From Antedon mediterranea (Eukaryota > Animalia > Echinodermata): DNA of 64,000 bases. Each line of letters starts with the position of its first letter. Positions within the stretch are counted from its first letter, which is position 1. A program made the translations under genes and the position numbers. The stretch is from positions 35,036,437 through 35,100,436 of the forward strand of contig NC_092672.1 in assembly GCF_964355755.1 (NCBI RefSeq). The letters run 5' to 3'. Shown piece by piece: positions 50,901-63,172 of this stretch. Under the pieces are notes generated by a model, which searched no databases, was not told the DNA's origin, and saw only the letters and a program-made list of their open reading frames with translations.

Positions 50901-53900
50901 CTTGTCCGACCTTCTTCAAAGTTAGCTGATTCAATTTCTCAGATAAGGATTATAAACCGTAGGTCCAGTGTACACAGTTATACACCTGTGTGCACTTTTA
51001 AAGAATGCAGTAGGGGGTTACCCCGGTGAACAGGTTCCCAAAATAGCCCCTGTATAAGGGGATTACTACCTATCTTAGTAATTCTTGCCTAAAAATAAAA
51101 ATACACAAAAATAAAAATTTTTAAAAAACTATATAAAATTCATCAATGATTGATACTTACTTGAAATACTCTTCAGTAGACGACACAGAATCATTGGTCG
51201 TATTATACTCTTTATAGTTCTTGAGAGAAACACAGTTATCTGTATTCCAATAATTGCCGCAAGAATCCCAAGGCAGCTCCGCGTTGAAGGACGCCACCAG
51301 ATAGAAGAGCGCCCATGCCATAATAACATTGTAATATGTGGTTAAAAGAAAGGTAATCGCAACTGTAGCAACGCCAGTCCCTGCAAATTAACATTTTTGA
51401 TACATTATCTGGGATGGAATTGCTATAAAACAGTCTTTTTAAGTGATGGTCTTAACTCCCCGATTAAAGCTGGCTTTATCAGATACAAGATTGTCTTAAT
51501 TACTAAAGCCACTCCTGTAATAGACCATTGCTGTAGAACAGTATTTGTTTTTTATTACGTATTTACTATAGGCAAATTGCCAAGGATAACCATAAGAGAA
51601 TTCATTCACTATTCTTCTTAAAGATGGCAATCCTGTTCACAAGACAAACATTACACAAGATGCTCTACATAAACCAAGTCTTATTACAATTCTTTGGCAA
51701 GTCTTAGCTAAGACTGCGTACAGTAACAAATTGAGGGCACACTTTACAAGTACTGTAGAATACCAAATAAGGTAATGTTCATCACTTTCTCAATTCACAA
51801 TCATAACAGTACGTACATTATTATTTGATTTAACACATAAAACTCATTCAATATGTTGTCTTTCACGATAAAAAATACGTATAAAGGAACATCACGTTGA
51901 CAAAAGAGAGGTTTTAGACTGCTTTAAAATTCTTTCGAGTAGGCTTTAATTTTAAAGACTGCTTACTTACAGAATAGACTGTGGTATAGAAGTGGTCTAT
52001 AATATTGACTACTTGCTACAGCACAAATGAAAGCAGGCTAAACGCTAACACCGTTTATAGACCGCTTTATAGCAATCTTCCCTGAGGGAAACTACCTTGA
52101 AATATTACAGTACATTTTTGTATGGTGGCAAATTTATGTAATCAAGAATGTTCACAATAGCAATAAATAAGCCATTTCTTTGTTAAGTATAAATGTAATT
52201 TTTTTTTCATTTCCTGAAGTTACATAGACAGGATTTGAAACCAGAAATTGCTAAGCGAGCATGTTAACGACCCCAAAGCTACAAATATGGGGTCATTAAT
52301 TAAACATGAGAGATATAAATTTCAACATCTCTTTTTTTAAATAGATTTGTTTGTTTATCTCTACTTTTTATAAATAACAATGCAAAAGATAGGACATTAA
52401 AAGTTCTATCTATCTAACAAGTTATGTTTTGCTACTTTGTTATATATTATAATCTTTAGGCCCTATTTCAAAATTCTGGATCGACCACTGGCCAGCCATT
52501 CCTTCCTTTCCTATTACCATATAAAATCACTATAGCTGTACAGTACCTTGAAGTATAGGCGCCAACATCTTGATGGCCTCCACTGGCCCATTCCTGGTAT
52601 ATTGGCCCACGGCTAGCTCCATTAGAAGAAGAGGTATCCCCGTGAAAAACAGCATAATGAAGTATGGAATGAGGAACGCACCTGTACCAGTGAATAAAAA
52701 TACAATTAGTTATTAATATTTGTTTATAATTTTTTTATTTATACTGATTCTCTCCTTTAAAACAGAGACAAAGAAAGGTTTTTTTGTCTGGGCCTATCCT
52801 ACTGTACCATTGCAATGTTTAGTCGTAATGTAATATTTTCTTTCACCATTTTTAATATCGATTGGGAGCCACTTTATCAAGCATTAATAATTCCATGTTT
52901 TAGCTTTATTATTCTGCACCAGTGAGAGAGGGGCCGAGCGGTTAAGACGGTGGAACCGTAACTACGTAACCATAACATCAGCAAGGGTTGGACGCTCACT
53001 CGCTCCATGATTCTGGGTCTTCTTGAATAAGGACTATAAACCGTAGGTCAATTGTACACATATTGCTTGTGTGCACTTTAAAGAACCTAGTACATCTTTC
53101 AGGGAAGTACCCCGGTGTACTAGTTCACATACTGGGCCACTGTCATGGACAGACGTAATGGCGCCGTAATTGGCTGCCGGTGACATAATGGGACCATTAG
53201 GGGAGAAGAATGTTGTTGAAAAGGTGTAACAATAACATCCAGGTCCATAGCGCTCTGATCTTCATGAGATAGAGATATATAAATGTCAGTATATAAAAAC
53301 ACAACAGGCACAGAAAATGAATTCTAAAACGCCCGGTAATATTATACTGAAATTTAAATATAAAATATATTATACAATGGCTACCAGATATCTCTCTATG
53401 TAGATGGTTAAACCTGAACCAGTATTTATTATACAACTGTTTCAGACCATTAGAATTAAACACTATTTTCCAACATAAAAACATTAATTTTTTATTTAAA
53501 TATCTCTGCAAATTAAAACTATGAAAACACATATCACTGTACAAAACTATGTGATAAAGTCTAATAATACATAAAACATTGTCATGTCATGATGACTCAG
53601 CGAATTTTGTTGATGACGCAGGCAATCATAAAATGAATATTGATTAAATATATTATATCACTTCAATGTACAAACTCTATTCAATTAGGATTATTAATTT
53701 ATTCTTTTTGTAAAGGGCACACAGTAAAAAGAGAGTTCGTTCAAACTATATAAAGTTCCTCCACCCTCCACCCCCAATCTGGTGTGCCTTCTGTTCAAAA
53801 CAGAATGGAAATTAATATTTGTATCTTCTAATACAAATAATTCAAGATCTACTAACAAAATATATTCGGGTTTTATTTGTTCTTTTTTTGTTTTTCTATG

Positions 53901-56350
53901 TTTGGTATATGGATGTACTATCCGAATAAAGGAAATGCTGCCAATGAAAAACCCCTATCCACTGATTGTATCTTTCAACCTCTGACCATGAGTAAACTTT
54001 GACCATTTTATCCACGATCACAGTGAATGTGAAAGCACTTAAGTATATTACTTACTGATGTTTACCTAAGGTGTATGTGTATTGTTATGTCCATATACTG
54101 ATTACAAATGTAAGGTGAATCGATAATATTAATATAATTGTGGCTTCATATTCCTAATTTTTACAGCCCTATTGATTCAAGTTGAGTGCTTACCACATCA
54201 TATTTTAAATATTTTTAATTACCGTGACAGTATTAGGCCTACTCATAACCTCAGAACAGAAACTGAATTCAAAATTCCCTTCACAAGACTAACTTGCAGT
54301 CAACAGTTTATACACATATCTGGACCAAAATTGTGGAAAGAATTCACTTGTAATGGTGGTAATAAACCGGTTATTTTAAAGAAACAAAATAAATGTATAA
54401 AAAAACAGGTCAAAAAATACTTTTTATCACTATATGCTGATTAACAACACCTTTCTTTATGGGAAATGACTGTTTTATCTAAGTTCTATTTACTTATATT
54501 GTTCTTATGTAAAAGGGTCCTACAAAAAACGAAGCTACAGCTTTTTTATGCAGGATCCTTGTTATCAGTTGTATTGCAATTATGATGTAATTGATGACTA
54601 AATAAATGTGGAATAAATAAAATGAAAATAAATAAAGTCATCAGAGGAGTTGTGTTGAAGAAAGTTTGAACATTATGAACAATAAGAATGATTGTATACT
54701 TTTAATTTCATGCCTGAATAAAGGGATACAAACAACGTGTGCACCCATATTGTTCACTATAATATTCCTATGGTGCACCAAACAAGAATTGCCGTAAATA
54801 AATAGTATTACATTTCCATTTTCTATGTTTGCTTATTTAAAGATGTATTATCCCCTGAAAAAATAATTCTTAACATTTTTGTTGAATATGCCATTTTAAT
54901 GTAACATAATAGCTATCCACTTTGACCAAAACTTGGATCGGAAAAAAATGTATTTACCTGAAACATTTGTAATTTAAAGCAAAAAATTGTCAAATAGGTT
55001 GCCAGCCAATGTGTTTTTGGTTGAATTTAACCATTTATTTTGTCATTTTATAAGTGAAAACATTATTTTTTTTCTACGTAAGTGATTAACTTTATTAAAA
55101 CTACAAAATAACATATTCAAAGTCTGATTTAATTAATCTTCATTTTTCATGTTTTTGGGGGACAATACATCTTTAATATGATTAAATATGCTAAACCATT
55201 TAATCAGCAGACGAAACAGAAATTTATCATCCAATTAAGACAATATCCATTAATTACAATCCTTCCTAGTATAAAAATCCCACTCACTATATGTTTCCCA
55301 AATTTTATAAACCCTGGGAGGGACTATAATATACTCAAAACTCATTATACAATACGATAACTCATTTTAGTGTTTACACAGACCTCCTTCAGTAGATTAT
55401 AGCCTAGTCTTTACATTCCGATCCTCCTTATAAAATCTTGTATATATCGCTCGCCTCATCTGAAAAATGTTCACAACATCCCCACCGCCTTAGCTCACGC
55501 GTATTTTATATTAATAATTATATTTATAGCATCTTTGCCTCGTCTGTTTTTAACCCATCGTTACGGCCTTGATATACTGTACATAAAAAAGCTTCATGTA
55601 ATGCAAGAGGGTCCTGCAAGAGGTAACTGACAATAGGCCCTAGAGTAGTAGCAAAGAACTGGAATTTAAGTTCTTTGGTAGTAGCATGTAGGTATAAAAA
55701 AGATACCTCCATGGTAGTAGTAGTTTATAGTAGAATCAATACCTCCATGGTAGAATAGTGTACTAACTAACTATACTCTAGTAGTAATAAATAGTACATT
55801 TATTGCACTCAGTGTTTTCAAAATGTTTGCTTTATTGCATCTTTATCCCTAGTAGTAGTACTAGGCCTACCCCATAGTCTCTCTGAAAATAAATTTGGGG
55901 AAAAAGCTTATTATATGCTTATAAATGCATATCAAAGCCGATAAATTTAAGTGTGTCGTCTCAGGGCCGAGTCGTCTCAGGGCCGAATCGTCTCAGAGCC
56001 GAATCGTCTCAGGGCCGAATCGTCCCGTTACCCGTTGGACACACACACAACACACGCGGTCGATGAAAACAATAAAATACAAATTTAATCTTACCTCCAC
56101 CACTTTTATAACAAAGGTAAGGAAACCTCCAAACATTGCCTAGACCAACAGCATAACCAACACATGACAGGACAAACTGTGCCTTCCTACCCCATGTTTC
56201 TCTTGAAACCTTTACAACACCTTTTCCATCCATTTCCAATGCTTTCTCTTCAGCAGCCGATGATGTATGAACAGCGGCGGCGGTGGTCGTTCCTCCTTGT
56301 GTCACGCTTGGCGGGTTGCTTTCTTGAATAAGAACACCCATAATATTCAT
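38972..56350 (-). CDS. ine: SLC6 sodium/chloride-dependent transporter, inebriated (ine) subfamily, 13 exons
   Basis: Exons 56350-56095, 52681-52547, 51380-51161, 50093-49961, 48931-48797, 48578-48472, 44734-44610, 44165-44053, 43654-43514, 42375-42276, 41921-41821, 39584-39417, 39121-38972 are all phase-compatible. SLC6 signature [36 protein letters not shown]; TM6 [17 protein letters not shown] resembles Drosophila inebriated rather than the usual TQIFFSYG/LG. SLC6 call is near certain, subfamily less so. Confidence 0.88.
39704..41259 (+). mobile_element. Hammerhead-bearing, minisatellite-carrying non-autonomous retroelement (most complete copy)
   Basis: Hammerhead motif 39759-39795, linker, about 28 units of the 48-bp repeat (39850-41235), 3' end CAGTAATTTGCCTTTGGATT; 16-bp direct repeat TATATATATTTAAACT at 39691-39706 and 41260-41275. 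Confidence 0.85.
39759..39795 (+). ncRNA. Minimal type I hammerhead ribozyme motif, preceded by three 19-bp partial duplications
   Basis: GCA-CTGATGA-A-GAGC-TAGTGTT-GCCC-GAAA-GC-TC^TGC; predicted cleavage after 39792; upstream units ACTGATGAAGGGCTAGTGC x3 (39704-39760) carry GGGC, the perfect partner of GCCC. Confidence 0.7.
42812..43437 (+). mobile_element. 5'-truncated LINE fragment (CR1/L2 group)
   Basis: ORF 42858-43223 [17 protein letters not shown]...[10 protein letters not shown] is the post-RT region of CR1/L2-group ORF2, followed by a 3' UTR and an (AATA)n tail; it truncates the end of a MITE. Confidence 0.85.
48946..49110. repeat. AAT/AAC compound microsatellite
   Basis: Repeated AATAATAATAAACAATAACATT and (AAC)n(AAT)n. 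Confidence 0.85.
49307..49693. repeat. Tandem array, 60-bp palindromic unit, about 6.5 identical copies
   Basis: Successive 60-nt lines are identical; each unit contains GTTATAGCTATAG-C-CTATAGCTATAAC. Confidence 0.95.
50166..50366 (-). mobile_element. tRNA-derived SINE, second family
   Basis: Minus strand GTGGCTTGGTGG...GGTTCAAGTCC head; the body is shared with 7415-7560 (+) and partly with 51645-51700. Confidence 0.7.
52922..53122 (+). mobile_element. Second, more degenerate copy of the Deu/Nin-like SINE
   Basis: Collinear with 35455-35670. Confidence 0.75.
54150..54636 (+). mobile_element. Degraded LINE 3' fragment (L2/Crack-like)
   Basis: HNLR...[21 protein letters not shown]...KK..KKY resembles the L2/Crack ORF2 C-terminus; AATAAA-rich tail at 54600-54636. 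Confidence 0.6.
54841..55172. mobile_element. Kolobok-like MITE family (five copies)
   Basis: TTAA|AGATGTATT[GA]TCCCC ... GGGGACAATACATCT|TTAA; related copies at about 1562-1789, 10757-11064, 16064-16380 and 27562-27734. Confidence 0.8.
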
Positions 56351-57434
56351 TTATATAAAGATCTTTGATTTATAGAATATACAATTGTATTGTAGGTATG
56401 GTGGACGACTTCTAATCTTTCTGATTTACTACTTACTATCACATAACAATGACCGGATAAATATTCATATTATATTTTCTAATCAAAAAGCAAATAATTA
56501 GAACTAGACTGTTCCATTGTTACGAAAGGGGCCTCATAGTTCTTGCAATATTAAATTGAATTCTTCTCAATTTTAATGAACAATTTTCGAATTTTCTGTA
56601 AACCTACTATTTTATATAATTATAGACTAGGTCTACCTTAAAAAATATGAGCATAACTTTTAAATTAAAAACGTTTATTTCAAAATGTCTTACTGTTGAT
56701 TCTAAAATGTAACAGTCCAAAACTTCATTTTTTTTAAAGTACTGTAACTTTCTCTCAGTAATGCATATACTTATCATCATCGTAATTATCACAAAACTAA
56801 TTCTACTAGCATACGTCACCGATTATTATATTTCACCAAATATCAATGGTCACTCATCATTACTTGTTATTGTTAGTTATGCTGCCATTTCTTTGCTACC
56901 AAGTTTGCAGTAAAATATTTTACAATTGTCGTATTCGAGTGGACCGTTGAGTAGTTTTTCCGTTGAGTACGTTTTAACGGAGTATTTTGAGCGTTGAGAT
57001 TGTTCTTAACGAAAAATCTTTCGTTGTCAACGTTTTCTATTCGAATGACTTTCTGTTGAGCACAAATTTACAATTCGAATACAAAAAGTACTCAAAGAAT
57101 CTTTACGTTGACAACGAAAGTTCCCAATCGAAATACGACAATTGACTTTATTACGATTTACCAACTATCATATTGTACACACTTCTACTTCCATTCGTGT
57201 TGATGAAGCACACACAAAAGACCGTAATACATCTTTTCTTTTTTATTTGAAATTCTTTCTAAAAGGATTTAAGTACAATATATATTACTTGCTTTGTATG
57301 AGTTATTGTCATAAAGTTTTTTGAAACACACATGAATTGGGAGCATAATACACCACAACCTGTTTATATGTATACATAAAATATAATTGTTAATAAATAA
57401 TAATAAATAATAATAATAATAGTAAATAATAAAT

Positions 57435-57522
57435 AGTTGGCTTTCTCAAAGTGTAGTGACACGTATGTCACAGTGACAGTCAACGGTGACATACGTGTCA
57501 CTACACTTTGGGAAAGCCAACT
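57435..57522. repeat. Near-perfect 88-bp palindrome (hairpin MITE)
   Basis: AGTTGGCTTTCTCAAAGTGTAGTGACACGTATGTCAC ... GTGACATACGTGTCACTACACTTTGGGAAAGCCAACT. Confidence 0.8.
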
Positions 57523-58939
57523 GATAGTTGGCGAAACATCAGGTAAATAAAATAATCGTTATTTACTATTACTATTACGGTTGAGATATAATAAACTATT
57601 ATATTTTATTTGTAATACCAACTGAATGAATCTTTTTAATGAGTATATGTATACAGCATAATATATTTATTTAATAGTTAAATAATCCAGTATGTCTATA
57701 TAATAAATCATGAAACGTGGTTAGTGTTGACGTATGCATCAGTGGCGGATCAAAGACTTTGAAATAGAAGGGCCCACAAGTAGTGAAATGAAGTACTGAC
57801 AAGTCCTCCCCCAGCCCTCCCCCTTCCGTATTCTGATAAAGACCCACCCCTGATTTGAACGCCTTTAGAGCACAAAGTTTTCAGAACCATGCATTATCAC
57901 AACAACTTTGCCAAAATTGCCAAAAACAGAATTTTACACTAAATATTGATATCTGAATAAAATGATACGAAGAGTGATACGAAAAAAATAAAATAAATAA
58001 GTTTATGCACTTTCTGGCCAATAATCGCTATGATTGGGGAAAGTCTCGCGATGATCTAAATAAAAATGTTTCCAGATTAATACTTATACTATCAAATAAA
58101 ACACAACAAATAAGCAATACAAAAAGAACAGTGACAATATATTTCTAATATATACAGTATGTAAAATATTATACATGGAAGATAATAAAAGGTTACAACA
58201 ATGTACAAATTACCAACATAATTTTATTTATAATTTAGTCCATGATCAAACATCCTCTGTATGAGTTAAACATTTTTAGCCAATCATAATATTTCACTTT
58301 GGCAAAAGAAAGCTAAGGATTCTAGGAGCATTAGGCTCTGTTTACACTATCAAATTAGTCCGACAAAAAAGTGTGAAGGGCCTAAATATGGTAGTCATAT
58401 GCCATCATCATGTCCATATATGGGCACATCACATTTTTTTCACATAAAGTTTGATAGTGTAGACAGAGCTTAAGTTTCCATCAGTTTGGTTCCCACTTTA
58501 TGTGACAAAAAAATATGATGTGCCCTTACATGAAGTTATATAACTACCATATTTAGGCATATCACCACCATATTTGGGTACATCACATTTTTTTGTCAAA
58601 CTTGTTTGATAGTGTGGACAGAGCTTAACAAGTGTGTGTGAGTAACTTTTTGAAGTAAAATATTACACAATTCAAATTAATATTTCAATTAAATTGATAT
58701 TACAAATAATAAAAGACGCTAATACTGTATAACATTTCAACACGTTGTTTTAAAAGTCCTACAATTATATAATTTGTATTTGTAATATAGATAACAAAAC
58801 AAATGTGACAGATCACTTTGTTTACTTTTTTTATCTTTGTATGATTTTGGATTTTTATCTTAAAGTTCATGTACAGTTCAGCAGTCCAAATGTAATTCTT
58901 TCACCTTTTAAATACGTAAGCAATATTGTCAAAAAGCAG

Positions 58940-59676
58940 TGATGACCGACATGGTTACGGCTGACAGCCATGGTTAGGGATGACCGAAATGGTTAGGGCT
59001 GACCGACATGGTTAGGGCTGACTGACATAGTTAGGGCTGACCGACGTGGTAAGGGCTGACCGAAATGGTTATGGCTGAAAGCCATGGTTAGGGATGACCG
59101 ACATGGTTAGGGATGACCGAAATGGTTAGGGCTAACTGACATGGTTAGGGCTGACCGACGTGGTAAGGGCTGACATGGTTAGGGATGACTGACATGGTTA
59201 GGGCTGACCGAAATGGTTAGGGCTGACTGACATGGTTAGGGCTGACCGACATGGTTAGGGATGACCGACATGGTTAGGGATGACCGAAATGGTTAGGGCT
59301 GACTGACATGGTTAGGGATGACCGACATGGTTAGCGATGACCGACATGGTTAGGGATGACCGAAATGGTTATGGCTGACAGCCATGGTTAGGGATGACCG
59401 ACATGGTTAGGGATGACCGAAATGGTTATGGCTGACAGCCATGGTTAGGGATGACCGACATGGTTAGGGATGACCGACATGGTTAGGGATGACCGAAATG
59501 GTTAGGGCTGACCGACATGGTTAGGGCTGACCGACGTGGTAAGGGCTGACCGACATGGTTAGGGCTGACTGACATGGTTAGGGATGACCGACATGGTTAC
59601 GACTGACCGCCATGGTTAGGGCTGACATGGTTAGGGATGACAGACATGGTTACGGCTGACTGACATGGTTAGGGTT
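58940..59676. repeat. Tandem array, 19-bp unit containing TTAGGG, about 38 copies
   Basis: Consensus GACCGA[CA]ATGGTTAGGG[CA]T. Confidence 0.93.
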
Positions 59677-60371
59677 GAGTGAGTCCATTAATAAATGTCT
59701 TTACATAAATAATAAATTTTGAATAATCTCTATTTTATTTAATTTGTTACAGTCAATGTAGTAAGTAGCATAAGTATAATATATAAGTATACAATATATA
59801 CACATTTTATGCATATAATCAATACACTAAAAAGGATATATGGTATCAATGTTGTACTTGAAATTAAAATTATAGCAGTTTTCATGATATACCAACAAAG
59901 TTAAACAACCTCTTTTGCATAGTAATTTCATTCAGGCATCTGTCAGCTATAAAATATGACTATGAAAAGGACATGGAGAGGAGGAGTGGTCTCTTGAAGA
60001 ATAGTTGGGCAAAGTATGTACTCAATTATGGTGGTGATATGCCTAAATATGATAGTGATATAATGTGATATGTCCATCAGCATCACATTTGTTTGTCACA
60101 TAAAGTTTGATAGTGTAGACAGAGCTTAAGTTGGCGAAACAATAGGAATCCCCCTTGGCATTGCTGGTAGAACACGGTGGAAAGGTCAGTATTTGAATAT
60201 TCATTTAATTTTACATTTATAGCCAAACTTTCACAGATGATATTTTTGTTTGAATACGAGAACACGTTTCTCCGTTCTAGACATGATATATGTCGTACAT
60301 GGTTTCTTCAGGTTCTCATCTCTTCATTGTTATACCATACAAGAATTCCAAATTAATAATTCTATTCATCA

Positions 60372-63172
60372 TTATTTTTTAATTGTTACTGAACCATCTT
60401 TTGCAATGTTTAAAAGCTTTAATGATCGAAGTACCTGTAAAAACAACACAAAAATGTATTAAACAATGTTTTCTGTCAGACAAATGTTAATGGTAAAGTG
60501 AAAACACTTTATAATTCAATTCAAATAAGTACAAATAAGGGGATATGTGGCAGCATTCACCATTCACTAAGGAAAACTCCCTTCAAATCAAAAATCTATA
60601 TAAGTGAATATAAGTGAACAGAAGTTTTAAGGGAAATATTTATTGAGTTAAGTGATTATGCTCGATTGTGATTGGTGTCACGAACCTTAAGTTTAGCAGT
60701 CCCGGTTGTACCAGTCACCCGCATGCCCATCTTGCTCATATCTGGCACTGATAATGCTAAACTGTTGTCTTTGAAATGTTCATGCAACACACCATACACC
60801 TATTACAAAGATTTATAAATCATCATTTATGTTTTCCATAATACAAAACAGGTTTTAAAGCTCTGTCTACACTATCAAAATAGTTTGACAAAAAAAGTGA
60901 TATACCCAAATATGGTAGTGACATGATATCATCATATCCATATATGGGACATCACATAAAGTTTGAAGTTTTAAATTGATTCACTAATTTGGGAAAGGGC
61001 TTGAGCTGTTGATTGAGGGTCTTTAGTTTGTGATCTTCTTGGTGTGATAATTCAATACTGGGATTGGGTGCATGTGAATCCTGATAGAAACAGCAGCTTC
61101 AGGCCCACATAACTGCTGTAACATCATCATCCAAAAATACTTGTTCCACCCCCAGAACTACGGATGAGTGTAAACCCATCAATTGTATGGCTAGGTTGCA
61201 GTACCCCTGCCTTAACCACTCGGGGAGGGAGTGCCCTACGCCAATTGTACGACTATAGGTTGCCACTCAAGGAGGGAGTGCTATAGGAGGTCAAAGGTTA
61301 ATAACTGACCCTGTTTACATCCTCTAGTTTCGCCCTTCCTCTTATTAGTGTTGATACTGAATCAAATTCTTCTTGAGAAAGTGGAACGCATTCTTGTGAT
61401 TCTTTCCGCAGCTCAGCAGGCGTTTGCTTGGGAAAACTGTCTAAAATTGAATTAAATTATTTTAAAATTTCATTTAAATTTATTTTAAAACATTCTTATT
61501 CTTTTATTGCGAATCAAATCTGTGTTACGCTTTGTCTACACTATCTAACTAGTTTGTCAAAAAAAGTGTGATGTGCCCAAAAATGGTAGTGATATGCTTT
61601 AATATGGTAGTGATATGACATCATCATTTTTTTTGTCACATAAAGTTTGATAGTGTAGACAGAGCCTTACGAACTTATTGAAAAAATATAAATTTATATA
61701 CAGTACAAAAGTATATTTATTCAAGGAGGCTCTGAGTTTGTTAATAATCACTTATACTATAGTGACTTTGTTTAGATTTATTGAATATTTGAAGTATGCT
61801 GGTAGCTTTTTTATTAACTTAATTTATTAACCTAATTTAATTATATAAAAAAAAATTAATTGAATGGAAAGAAAAAATAATTGTAAAGATCATATAGTAT
61901 AGTATATATATATAAAAAATCAGTTCAGTTTATGAAACGACATAAATATTTCGTAATTTAGAAGAAATATAATATTGAGGGCGCTATTCACACAAGGTAA
62001 AAATATTATAGATGAGACAGCAATTAGTATTACTCACAAAGGGATGACAGACAGAGTAAAGCTAACCTGTAGAAATTGTAATTGTGCTTTCTTCGATTTC
62101 ATCATTCTTTTCAACTCGTTCAACTTCCTTTTAAAGATAACAATGATTAATTATTATATTAACAATGGAAATTGTAAAATACTTTAAAATGGCTGTATTA
62201 ACAATTAGAACAATAAATTATATAGACAATAAAGAGTTCCATCTTGCTTGTTTGTGACGAATACCCTTTTCACATCTGCAAAATGTAACAACTTGTAACA
62301 AGTTGTAACCAGGTTTGCATAGTGTGAAGACAATTTTGTGGAAAATCTCCCGAGATTTCACAGTGGTCCCTTGTGAATCTCGGAAGAAAAACACTTTCCT
62401 CCCGAGATTTCACAAGGTTTGCGTATGCGTGTGTGAAAACATGTAATAAGTCGGGAGATCAAACCTGGTTACAAGTTGTAACAATTTATGCAGATGTGAA
62501 AAGGGTATTAGGGTGTGAAATTATTTAATTTAAGTTACAGTAGTTGCATATTGTTATGATAACATAAATCTTTATTGCCATGAACACGAAATTTGGTTGT
62601 ACTGTGGTAACATATTTTTTGCAGGAACATTTAAACCTGCAAAAAATCATATTGAATGCAGTACATAGAAATAAAAAAAATACAGAACTATCTTTGGAAA
62701 GAAGAGTTAGATACAGTAGAGATAAAAAAGGTATTATACTAATTGGAAAATTACCATGGTTTAAGGGTCTTTCACACCTGTTCTGGCATAGTTCCGGACC
62801 GGCGAATTGAACATTAATGTTTCGTTTTCACGACGCAATCGATATGCGCATAGCCGCGTGAAAACAATACATTGACGTTCAATTGGATTTTCCTGCGCCG
62901 GACCGGAACTGTGCCGGAACAGGTGTGAAAGACCCATTAGGCATGGACCTATAGTCCATGGTTTAGGTAAAATTGACCTTTTTATAATCAATTCAAGGTC
63001 ACGGCATGTGTTACTGTTTACTTCCTATACTACTGACAAATGACATCATGACGTACGTCTAATGTCAATTTACCTGGTTTTGCTCCGATTCATCTGCAAT
63101 CAATCCATCACCATTCATCGGTAAACCTAGAGCGTGTAATGTATGCTGTTCATCTTCCGACAATTCTGGAAG
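60372..63172 (-). CDS. SKA2: Spindle and kinetochore-associated (Ska) complex subunit, probably SKA2-like, last five coding exons; 5' part outside the window
   Basis: Exons 63172-63074, 62127-62067, 61440-61310, 60799-60686, 60434-60372 join in frame: LPELSEDEQ...VPLSQEEFDSVSTLIRGRAKLEDVNR-VYGVLHEHFK...MSKMGMRVTGTTGTAKLK-VLRSLKLLNIAKDGSVTIKK*. EEF.SV..L.RGR..L..VN resembles the Ska C-terminal domain. Exon structure is solid; the paralogue assignment is from memory. Confidence 0.65.
62262..62507. mobile_element. Harbinger-like MITE
   Basis: TIR TACCCTTTTCACATCTGCA / TGCAGATGTGAAAAGGGTA. Confidence 0.7.
62764..62936. mobile_element. Harbinger-like MITE
   Basis: TTA|AGGGTCTTTCACACCTGTTC ... 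GAACAGGTGTGAAAGACCCA|TTA. Confidence 0.75.

Larger units (their letters stand above)
1299..61667. mobile_element. High-copy 120-200 bp MITE family, PIF/Harbinger-like (about 35 dispersed copies; span given is first to last copy)
   Basis: TIR AGCTCTGTCTACACTATCAAACT, usually flanked by TAA/TTA, internal 21-bp repeat ATATCACTACCATATTTGGGC. Approximate copies at 1299, 2552, 2911, 3211, 3629, 5371, 6980, 9056, 9795, 10096, 12919, 14208, 14833, 15517, 17442, 19000, 26067, 26206, 27133, 27270, 34659, 35244, 36216, 41677, 42044, 42670, 45990, 46158, 50499, 58335, 58495, 60030, 60859, 61529. Confidence 0.85.
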
